Shown here piece after piece: positions 1-6,714 of a stretch of 19,149 bases of DNA; position 1 is the first letter of the stretch, and each line of letters begins with the position of its first letter. The notes beneath the pieces were generated by a model. It saw nothing but the letters and a program-made list of their open reading frames with translations, ran no database searches and had not been told where the DNA came from. Position numbers and translations under genes: made by a program. Location of the stretch: the NCBI GenBank assembly GCA_027491395.1, contig JAOZFI010000014.1, forward strand, positions 1-19,149, written 5' to 3'. The stretch comes from Thermoproteota archaeon. Lineage in GTDB: Archaea > Korarchaeota > Korarchaeia > Korarchaeales > Korarchaeaceae.

Positions 1-632
1 CTCTCTATCTCCAGCAACGCGTTAGCCATGGCGTATATCAGACCGAACCAGTGATCCAGCTTCCCCTTCGGCTTGAGGTGCCTCGTCTTGGACCTGCCAG
101 CTGCTAGTATCGCGACCTGCAGGTTACAGTCGTTCACCAAGTAGTGCCTCCTAACATCCCAGCCTAGGAAGTCAAGTATCCGGGCGAAGGAGTCGCCTAT
201 TATAGCGTTCCTCCCGCTACCTACGTGGAGGGGATGTACTGGGTTGACGCTGGTGTGCTCCACCATCAACTCCTCTCCCCTCCTCTCCCCCCTGCCCAGC
301 TCCTCCCTAGACGCCAAGGAGAGGACATCCTTGAAGAGGGCCTCACGAGAAACCCTTACGTTGAGGTATCCATTTTCAACCCTTACTTCCTCGGTATACG
401 GTATACTGGAGGTATCTATCCTCTCAGCCACTAAAAGCGCCGCTTCGTCCGGCTTCCTCCTCAGGTATCTAGCTACCTTGAATCCGACTGGTAGTCCATA
501 GACATCCGCATCCTTGGGGGACCGAGCCACTTGAAGGGGGGAGAAGGACTCCTCCACTACCATCTCTGAGAGGGCCTTATTCACTTCATCAACTAGAGCT
601 GATTTCATGGAGCCGAGCGGATCCGTGGTCAT
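1..632 (-). CDS. argS: Arginine--tRNA ligase, N-terminal part (runs off the window edge)
   Basis: Manual minus-strand translation from ATG 632: MTTDPLGSMKSALVDEVNKALSE...LMVEHTSVNPVHPLHVGSGRNAIIGDSFARILDFLGWDVRRHYLVND. This is the ArgRS 'EHTSxNP..PLHxGH.RN.IIGD' signature. Absent from the ORF track because it has no stop in the window. Confidence 0.95.
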   Translation of the reverse strand, partial: MTTDPLGSMKSALVDEVNKALSEMVVEESFSPLQVARSPKDADVYGLPVGFKVARYLRRKPDEAALLVAERIDTSSIPYTEEVRVENGYLNVRVSREALFKDVLSLASREELGRGERRGEELMVEHTSVNPVHPLHVGSGRNAIIGDSFARILDFLGWDVRRHYLVNDCNLQVAILAAGRSKTRHLKPKGKLDHWFGLIYAMANALLEIE

Positions 633-651
633 CCCTTTAACTTTGGGTTCG

Positions 652-660
652 TTATTTAAA
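652..660. promoter_or_regulatory. Probable bidirectional TATA box for the divergent argS and ATL-endoV genes
   Basis: TTATTTAAA in a 47-nt GC-poor gap, 20-28 nt from both ATG 632 (-) and CTG 680 (+). Confidence 0.55.
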
Positions 661-679
661 ACGGTGGTGAGGGATCCGA

Positions 680-1546
680 CTGACGCGCTTCCAAGAGATA
701 CTTGCTAAGGCCTTGCAGAGCATTCCCCCGGGCAGGGTTTCATCATTCGGTGCCATAGCCTCCGCCCTAGGGGATGTCAGGGCCGCTCTCGCTGTGAGAA
801 ACGAGTGCCTAAGGCTATCTAACCTCGCACCTCATGTTCCTTGGTGGAGGGCCGTGTCGTCCGATGGTAAACCACTTCCGGGAGCCTTGAAGAGAATCAG
901 GGAGGAGGGAGGACTTGAACACCTCAGGAAGAGGGAGTTCTTCCACGACATCAGGGCCTGGCCCGTCTTCCGGTTGATGGCGGAGGCTCAGCTAATGCTC
1001 TCCTCTAGGCTGGATCTAAGGTCCCTGAAAGGAGTTGAAGTGGCTGCCGGTGTCGACGTCAGTTATGGGGGCGAGGAGGCTGTCGCGGCCTGCGTCTCGA
1101 TCGATTCAAAATTGGAGATCGTTGAAGTCAGTTACGAGAGGTTCGTCCCTCAGATACCTTATGTGCCGACCTACTTGGCCTTCAGGGAGTTGAGGGGCAT
1201 GCTTCCCTCCGCCCTCAGGTGCGATTTCGATGTGATATTTGTGGATGGGCACGGGCTCTCCCATCCGAGGATGCTAGGGGAGGCCTCACATTTGGGGTTG
1301 CTTCTGGGGAAACCCTCCATCGGAGTTGCGAAGTCTAAGCTGGTAGGGAGATTGGAGGGGGACCGTGTCTTACTCCGAGGCAGGGAGGTCGGTGCCGTAG
1401 TGAGGAGGGGTTTCGTCTCCCCCGGTCACTTGGTGGACTTGGAGAGCAGCATAGAGATATCCAAGGAGTTCTGGAGGGAAGGAAAGCAACCTCTACCCCT
1501 CATACTAGCCCACAGGATTTCCAAGGAGGCTATACGGGGATCCTGA
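680..1546 (+). CDS. nfi: Alkyltransferase-like (ATL/MGMT DNA-binding) domain fused to endonuclease V
   Basis: N-terminal domain 'IPPGRVSSFGAIA...VPWWRAV' has the MGMT fold with Trp in place of the PCHR Cys. C-terminal domain has EndoV motifs GVDVSY, YVPTYLAFRE, VDGHGLSHPR, GVAKS and a terminal LAH. Start extended from TTG 713 to in-frame CTG 680 (see findings). Confidence 0.9.
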   Translation: MTRFQEILAKALQSIPPGRVSSFGAIASALGDVRAALAVRNECLRLSNLAPHVPWWRAVSSDGKPLPGALKRIREEGGLEHLRKREFFHDIRAWPVFRLMAEAQLMLSSRLDLRSLKGVEVAAGVDVSYGGEEAVAACVSIDSKLEIVEVSYERFVPQIPYVPTYLAFRELRGMLPSALRCDFDVIFVDGHGLSHPRMLGEASHLGLLLGKPSIGVAKSKLVGRLEGDRVLLRGREVGAVVRRGFVSPGHLVDLESSIEISKEFWREGKQPLPLILAHRISKEAIRGS

Positions 1547-2981
1547 TCTCGCGCGATTTCCCAGCCTCCAGATCAACCCTCATGACGGAGTCCTTGCCCT
1601 CGGGGTTTATCACCATGAGTTGTAGGTCCTTCACATCATTGTAGGGCATTATCTTGCCCTCCAAGTACTTCCTGTCGTACCTGAAGGTGCCCTTCACACC
1701 GCTCACCGCCCTGAACCTCTCAACTAGGGTGCTGGGTGGGGCGACCCATATCCCCCTCTCGTGAGCGTTCCTGAGGAGCGAGAGAGTGGATAGCTCGTCC
1801 ATCGCGTCGACCGCCACCATGCACCCCCAATTGGCCACGAACTCCGCTGCTCTCGAAGCAGCTCCTCTATCAGAGACCCTCCCTACCAGTGGGATGTTCC
1901 AGACAAGGCCGTTAGGCCTGAATGGGCATCCGATGCCAAGCGGGAACCCGAATTCCCCAGCGATCTCGCCAGCCAGTACGTATCCCGCCTCGACGTATAC
2001 CGCCGACTTCCAAGCGTCCATCAGGGTGGAGGCTATACCCTTGAACCTGATCCCTATGCCTCCCCTCTTTATGAGGGTGGCCACCTCCTCATACTCCTCG
2101 GCCATCGACATGTGATCTATGGAGGCCCTGACTGAGGCTAGGAGGCCCACCTCGTGACCGTCCTCCTCCATTGATATGAGCAGGTCCCTGATCTTACTCG
2201 GAGTGTAGTCTTCTCCCTTCCCCACGAAGAACGTGAGGTCCTCAGTTCCCTTAATCAACCTCTCTATCCAAGATTCCGTTCTTCGAAGCAACCTTCTCAG
2301 GTCGAACCTCAGGCCGGAACGCCCCGTCCTATATATGGGAATAGAGACGGACATCCCTCCCCTGTAGCCAGAAGGGGAGATCTGCTTCATTATGAGAGGG
2401 AGCTTCTCCCTTTTGTGGAGAAGAAGAATGGAGAAGAGAAGGAACTTGGCATGCAAGTCAACTATAGGAGTGGATACGGGGACCCCTCTGAGGTCCTCCA
2501 AGACCTTGGGATTGAATCGCCTGTCGCTGGTCCTTATCCTCTTTATACCCAAGGAGGACTCCGCCCCCTTTAGGAAGTAGCTCACGTTCCTGAAGAGGTC
2601 GTATCCCAAGAGAAGGTGCGAATCCTTCGAGTAGAGAGGGGCCTGCCTGAGCAGTCTCTCGCCTTCTGGATCATACTTGGCTCCAAAGTAGGGTATCTTT
2701 ATCCTGTCCACTACCATGAAGCCTGCAGGCTCAGGCGGGGATTTCTTCACCTCAGTCTTATCTCCCCCATAGTATGAGAGGGCTGTCTCGCCCACGAATA
2801 TCGAGGGGATAGTCACTGGGACGAATTCGGTGGCCTCTGGGAATATGGCCACGGAGTGCTTTAAGGGATCTGGTTCGTCCACCTCCTCCCAGAACAGTCC
2901 CAGTGAGTCCAATGTGTGTTTGACCGCATCTCTCACATCACTGTCCAGGGATCTAACAGCCGCAATGTTCGTCGGGACCAC
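1530..2981 (-). CDS. Polysaccharide deacetylase-like (NodB/CE4-fold) protein, probably catalytically degenerate
   Basis: GTG at 2981 preceded by GGGGG; the ORF-track extension to 3101 reads through the tRNA. The segments 'YDLFRNVSYFL..E...RF...PIVD', 'TFF', 'GHEVGL', 'GIRF' and 'GFPLG...PFRP' follow the CE4-like layout, but the HDVD and His motifs are missing. Confidence 0.55.
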   Translation of the reverse strand: MVPTNIAAVRSLDSDVRDAVKHTLDSLGLFWEEVDEPDPLKHSVAIFPEATEFVPVTIPSIFVGETALSYYGGDKTEVKKSPPEPAGFMVVDRIKIPYFGAKYDPEGERLLRQAPLYSKDSHLLLGYDLFRNVSYFLKGAESSLGIKRIRTSDRRFNPKVLEDLRGVPVSTPIVDLHAKFLLFSILLLHKREKLPLIMKQISPSGYRGGMSVSIPIYRTGRSGLRFDLRRLLRRTESWIERLIKGTEDLTFFVGKGEDYTPSKIRDLLISMEEDGHEVGLLASVRASIDHMSMAEEYEEVATLIKRGGIGIRFKGIASTLMDAWKSAVYVEAGYVLAGEIAGEFGFPLGIGCPFRPNGLVWNIPLVGRVSDRGAASRAAEFVANWGCMVAVDAMDELSTLSLLRNAHERGIWVAPPSTLVERFRAVSGVKGTFRYDRKYLEGKIMPYNDVKDLQLMVINPEGKDSVMRVDLEAGKSREIRIPV

Positions 2982-3039
2982 GCCCCCTATAGAACGGAGG
3001 TGGTGGGGCCGGTGGGACTTGAACCCACGTCCTACGGGT

Positions 3040-3061
3040 CTCCCCCTCAGTGCTCCAATGA
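3040..3061 (-). other. 22-nt tRNA intron at the canonical 37/38 position
   Basis: Sequence UCAUUGGAGCACUGAGGGGGAG. Central helix CUCC/GGGG, 3' bulge AG|A, relaxed 5' side (bulge-helix-loop type). Confidence 0.9.
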
Positions 3062-3082
3062 CTGGAGCCCGCCGCCCTACCT

Positions 3083-3118
3083 TTCCAGGGCGTTCCCCCA
3101 ATCATGGGGGGAGAGCCA
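3083..3118 (-). other. Non-canonical 36-nt tRNA intron in the D-loop (position 17/17a)
   Basis: Bulge-helix-bulge: central helix CCAG/CUGG, 3-nt bulges CC|U and AA|A, inner helix GGC/GCC. Splicing restores the D-loop AGCCAGGUA. Confidence 0.85.
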
Positions 3119-3150
3119 GGCTGGGCCACGGCCCCCCGAATCCTCCTCCC

Positions 3151-3174
3151 TTTAAATCGAGGAAGTTATATAAA
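3151..3174. promoter_or_regulatory. Divergent TATA boxes for tRNA-Trp (-) and the thiolase operon (+)
   Basis: TTTAAA (3151-3156) and TTATATAAA (about 3166-3174) lie in the 59-nt gap between the tRNA 5' end (3135) and ATG 3195. Confidence 0.6.
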
Positions 3175-3194
3175 TAGTTTGTCTGGTGTTAGCG

Positions 3195-4079
3195 ATGAAA
3201 TGCCACTACTGCCAGCGTGAAGGTACTATATTCGTAGATAATTTAGGTGATTGGGTTTGCGAGGAGCACTTCGAGAGGTATTTCCTGAAAAGAGTTGATC
3301 GCGTGTTGAGGAGGGTCAGGAAAGGTAGTTCCCTCCTGTACGGGGTGTCGGGCGGGAAGGATTCGGTGGCAGCCCTGCACGCGTCCAGCCTAGTCGCATC
3401 CAAGTACCGGCTCAAGCTGGGGGCCGCGATAGTGTACACTGGCTTGGCCCCCGATTGCCTCGAGGTATTCAAATCCCTGACCGAGGAGCTGGGACTGGAC
3501 GGGATCGTGATAGATGTAAGGGCCTGGGGGATAAAGATCCCTCCCGATCCCAGGGCTGCCTGTTTTGTCTGCGGGGTGGTCAACAGGTACCTGCTTAATA
3601 GGTACGCTGTGGAGAGGGGATACGATTACGTCGCTACAGGCCACAACTTGGACGACATGGCCTACTTCGGGTTCAATAACCTCATCACCCATTCCCTAGA
3701 TTACCTCTTCTACCAGTACGATTCCGTCACCAGGCCGATGCCCGAGTACAGGATGGCCGGGAAGGTGAAGCCCCTCTTCTGGGTCAGCGACTCCGATGCC
3801 CTGAACTACGTGAGGATGAAGAGCCTCCCAACCTGCATTACCAAGTGCCCTTACGAGGGAAGGGATAAGCAGGCCGAAATCAAACCCCTACTTAATCAGG
3901 TCAGGAAGAAGTGGCCTCCATCCCTAGTCAATTTCGTGAGCAGTTTGAGGGAGCTTGCGAAGACAGCCGAACCTCCACCACGCAAGATTAATCTATGTGA
4001 GAGGTGCGGTTACCCGACATCGGGCAGGGTTTGCGCCTTCTGCAGGCTGAAGGAGAGGCTCGAGAGGGAGGTAGTGTGA
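3195..4079 (+). CDS. TtuA/Ncs6(CTU1)-like PP-loop tRNA thiolation enzyme
   Basis: N-terminal Zn finger CHYC...CEEH, PP-loop SGGKDS, CFVC, GHNLDD, KPLF, CP and C-terminal Zn finger CERC...CAFC. ATG 3195 follows GGTG; GTG 3186 is an alternative start. Confidence 0.88.
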   Translation: MKCHYCQREGTIFVDNLGDWVCEEHFERYFLKRVDRVLRRVRKGSSLLYGVSGGKDSVAALHASSLVASKYRLKLGAAIVYTGLAPDCLEVFKSLTEELGLDGIVIDVRAWGIKIPPDPRAACFVCGVVNRYLLNRYAVERGYDYVATGHNLDDMAYFGFNNLITHSLDYLFYQYDSVTRPMPEYRMAGKVKPLFWVSDSDALNYVRMKSLPTCITKCPYEGRDKQAEIKPLLNQVRKKWPPSLVNFVSSLRELAKTAEPPPRKINLCERCGYPTSGRVCAFCRLKERLEREVV

Positions 4080-4840
4080 TGAGGCTCTTCGACGCCCACT
4101 GTCACCTCGAGGAGGAGGCTTTCGACGGGGATAGGGATGAGGTGATTGAGAGGGCGAGAGAAGCGGGACTGGTGGGCATAGTGACCTCTCCCATTTACCC
4201 GGAAGATGCGGAGAAAGCTCTGAGGTTATTCAGGAACCATCAGCTGGTGAAGGTGTCTATTGGATTGGATGTCGCTGAGTACGGAGATGAGGAGGAGGTA
4301 AAGGTCACTATGGATCTTATAAGGGCCCACGTCGATGAGATAGTCGCGGTAGGAGAGGTGGGGCTGGATTACAGGATTTTAAGGTCGGATGGTCCCTCAA
4401 AGGAGAAGCAGAAGGAGGTATTTAGGCTCTTCATAAGGCTCGCCAAAGAGCTGGACAAACCATTGGTAATTCACAGCCTGTGGGCTCAAAGACCAGTTCT
4501 AAGAGTGTTAGACGAGGAAGGAGCTGAGAGGGTCGTCCTACACGCATTTGGAGGAACCCCAGAGGATGTCAGGTTTGCAGTGGAGAGGGGATGGATGGTC
4601 AGTATCCCCACCAATGTAGTGAGGTCCAACAACGTTCAGAAGGTGGCTGGAGCCACTCCAGTGGATCATATGGTGCTGGAGTCCGACTCGCCTGTGCTCG
4701 CTCCCAACCCCAAGGAGAGGAATGAACCCGCGAACATCAGGATCTCAGCAAAGTTCGTGGCCGAAATGAAGGGGATCGATGTCGAGGATTTGGCAGAGAT
4801 AACCACTAGAAACGCCATGAGGGTGTACGGTCTTGGGTAA
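4079..4840 (+). CDS. tatD: TatD-family metal-dependent nuclease/hydrolase
   Basis: Motifs DAHCH, GEVGLDY, VIHS, LHAF, LESDSP and RNEPAN. ATG 4079 overlaps the upstream TGA (TGATG); the extension to 4004 is spurious. Confidence 0.92.
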   Translation: MRLFDAHCHLEEEAFDGDRDEVIERAREAGLVGIVTSPIYPEDAEKALRLFRNHQLVKVSIGLDVAEYGDEEEVKVTMDLIRAHVDEIVAVGEVGLDYRILRSDGPSKEKQKEVFRLFIRLAKELDKPLVIHSLWAQRPVLRVLDEEGAERVVLHAFGGTPEDVRFAVERGWMVSIPTNVVRSNNVQKVAGATPVDHMVLESDSPVLAPNPKERNEPANIRISAKFVAEMKGIDVEDLAEITTRNAMRVYGLG

Positions 4841-5645
4841 GAGGAAGGGGCCTAGGGTACCTTACGATCTCATAGGCTCCAGGGAGACGGGAGCTGTGGC
4901 CATCGTAGAGGTACCCGAGGGCATGGACCCGGAGGAGGCGGCTAGGGAGGTGATGAGTCGCCATCCACACGTCAAGTCCGTTCTGTTGAAGGCGGGGGCT
5001 AGAGAGGGTGAGTTCAGGGTGAGGCCCCTGAAGCTCCTAGCCGGCAGTGAGGAGACGGAGGTCATCCACAAGGAACACGGATACAGGATAAAGCTCGATC
5101 CCCGTAGAGTCTACTTCTCCCCCAGGGAATCGACCGAGAGGCAGCTGGTGGCGGAAAGCGTGAGGGACGGGGAACTGGTGCTCGTCATGTTCGCGGGAGC
5201 CGGTCCCTACGCCATCGCCATTGCAAAGCGCAGGAGGGCCCAAGTGGTCGGGATCGAGCTGAACCCGATAGCTGTCAGGTACTTCCAAGAGAATGTGATC
5301 CTCAACAGGGTGGGGCACCTCGTCTTCCCCATCGAGGGAGATGTGGCTTACGTCACGCCCGCTATGTACGGCAGATTCGACAGGGTGGTCATGCCCCTAC
5401 CCAAGGGGGCTTACGCCTTCATCGGTTACGCCCTCCGAGCGCTCAGGGGAGGGAAGGGTGTCATTCACTTTTACTACTGGGGTGGAGATGAGGCCCTCTC
5501 GGAGGCCGAGGAGATGTTCAGGAAGGAAGCCGCCTCCATAGGTTTAGAGGCCACCTCCATAGGTTACCGCATTGTCTCCAGCTATGCTCCTAAGGTGTAC
5601 AAGATGCGTGTGGATTTTTTAGTGAGACCTTTAAATGTAGAGTGA
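4833..5645 (+). CDS. trm5: Trm5-family tRNA (G37) methyltransferase, Trm5a/Taw22-like
   Basis: Motifs GEFRVR, HKEHG, VYFSPR..ER, MFAGAGPY, IELNP and DRVVMPLPK. At 270 aa it lacks the D1 domain. Confidence 0.88.
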   Translation: MGKRKGPRVPYDLIGSRETGAVAIVEVPEGMDPEEAAREVMSRHPHVKSVLLKAGAREGEFRVRPLKLLAGSEETEVIHKEHGYRIKLDPRRVYFSPRESTERQLVAESVRDGELVLVMFAGAGPYAIAIAKRRRAQVVGIELNPIAVRYFQENVILNRVGHLVFPIEGDVAYVTPAMYGRFDRVVMPLPKGAYAFIGYALRALRGGKGVIHFYYWGGDEALSEAEEMFRKEAASIGLEATSIGYRIVSSYAPKVYKMRVDFLVRPLNVE

Positions 5646-5701
5646 AGTTTGAAAATTAGGTTTTTAGTTCAACCCTCAGTATCGATAGAGGGGATTCCAA
5701 A

Positions 5702-6496
5702 TTGGACCGGAATTTACGAGAAGACGTCAAGGATCTTCTAAACAGCCTCTCTCCAGAAATGAGGACCAGAGTCATCGATCACTTGGACCGACTAAACAAA
5801 ACGTTCCCCATAAATGAGGGCCCCCTCTACGAACTCATCTCATCCTTTAAGAAGAGCTTGGAGGCGGTGAATCACATTCCCAGCCTCCTCACTGACAAAT
5901 TGACCGATCATTTCAGGATGAATAGGGATAGATTCGCTAATCAGTTCCAGCAAGACGTCGAATTTCTCATCAAGGCCGGAGATATCAGGGAGTTGGACGA
6001 GGCTGAGGTGAAGCTGCTCACGCAGGCTGCCAAGGATTCCATGGAGGCCATGTTCTCCTCACTGATTGATGCGATGAGTAAAGTACTGAATGATTATCTC
6101 AGGTGGGCCCCCAAGGCACTAGGTCCCTCCGCTGGTAACGGAGTTGCCGAGAGGACATTGGACCTGTTCGCTACCCTCATGTACCAGCTGGCACTGGCTA
6201 AGGCAGAGAAGGATCTCTGCAGAGAGGAGGTCGAATCGCTCAAGAACGTGGTGATGCCTAGGGCTACGGGAAGGTACAAGGTGCTTGAAGTCCTCGAGAA
6301 AGCCACCGAACCCATGAGGACCATAGCCATAGCTTCGGAGCTCGGACTGGCCGAAGTGACGGTGAGGAGGTACATAAAGGACTTGGAAAAGGAGGAGCTC
6401 GTGGAGAGGGTCGGCAATGGCAAGCCCTACAAGTATGTCCTGAGGGATAGGAATTGGAGGAAGAAGTTGGTAGAGCGGAGGAAGAAAAGGAAGTAA
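5702..6496 (+). CDS. Putative transcription regulator with a helical/coiled-coil N-terminal region and C-terminal winged HTH
   Basis: C-terminus 'YKVLEVLEK..EPMRTIAIASELGLAEVTVRRYIKDLEKEELVERVG..KPYKYVL' is a typical wHTH. TTG start follows GAGGGG. Confidence 0.75.
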   Translation: MDRNLREDVKDLLNSLSPEMRTRVIDHLDRLNKTFPINEGPLYELISSFKKSLEAVNHIPSLLTDKLTDHFRMNRDRFANQFQQDVEFLIKAGDIRELDEAEVKLLTQAAKDSMEAMFSSLIDAMSKVLNDYLRWAPKALGPSAGNGVAERTLDLFATLMYQLALAKAEKDLCREEVESLKNVVMPRATGRYKVLEVLEKATEPMRTIAIASELGLAEVTVRRYIKDLEKEELVERVGNGKPYKYVLRDRNWRKKLVERRKKRK

Positions 6497-6714
6497 TTGT
6501 TCTATTATCTCCTATATGCGAATCCTCCTTGAATGCCGCCCGCCGACTGAAGGAGTGGGCCCATCGCAGGGGCTTGAAGATCAGAGAGGTCTCTGCCTTG
6601 GAGCCTGAGGGGCAGAGCTACATACTGGAGTTAGGTATAAGAAAGGTCCCAGCCGTCATAATCGGGGGAAAGCTGATCTCTGAGGGGAGGATAAAGTTTC
6701 CAGAGGTCTCCTGA
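6454..6714 (+). CDS. Small glutaredoxin/thioredoxin-fold protein (CxxS)
   Basis: 'SPICESS' active-site position and 'GIRKVPAVIIGG' cis-Pro motif. Its stop is coupled to the next ATG. Start position uncertain. Confidence 0.75.
   Translation: MEEEVGRAEEEKEVIVLLSPICESSLNAARRLKEWAHRRGLKIREVSALEPEGQSYILELGIRKVPAVIIGGKLISEGRIKFPEVS

Larger units (their letters stand above)
3001..3135 (-). tRNA. trnW: tRNA-Trp (CCA) with two introns and encoded 3' CCA
   Basis: Acceptor stem GGGGCCG/CGGCCCC then ACCA. D stem GCCC/GGGC. Anticodon stem GCGGG/CCCGT with spliced loop CU-CCA-GA (anticodon 3065-3063). T arm GTGGG-TTCAAGT-CCCAC. Removing the 36-nt and 22-nt introns gives a standard 77-nt cloverleaf. Confidence 0.95.

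Noticed and set aside
225-501. Two short plus-strand ORFs
   Set aside because: Antisense shadows of argS.
3073-3092. GCCC-UGGAAAGGUA-GGGC as the real D-arm (intron placed 5' of it)
   Set aside because: It would give U14 and has no BHB support, whereas the 17/17a intron has a clean BHB. Retained only as part of the alternative fold.
2982-3101. N-terminal 40 codons of the 523-aa ORF
   Set aside because: They are a translation of the tRNA-Trp gene; a better GTG with an SD-like run lies at 2981.
1530-3135. tRNA as an integration site for a mobile element
   Set aside because: No integrase, no duplicated tRNA 3' fragment and no compositional shift in the window.
4004-4078. Upstream extension of tatD
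   Set aside because: It overlaps the thiolase C-terminal Zn finger; the TatD motif begins right after ATG 4079.
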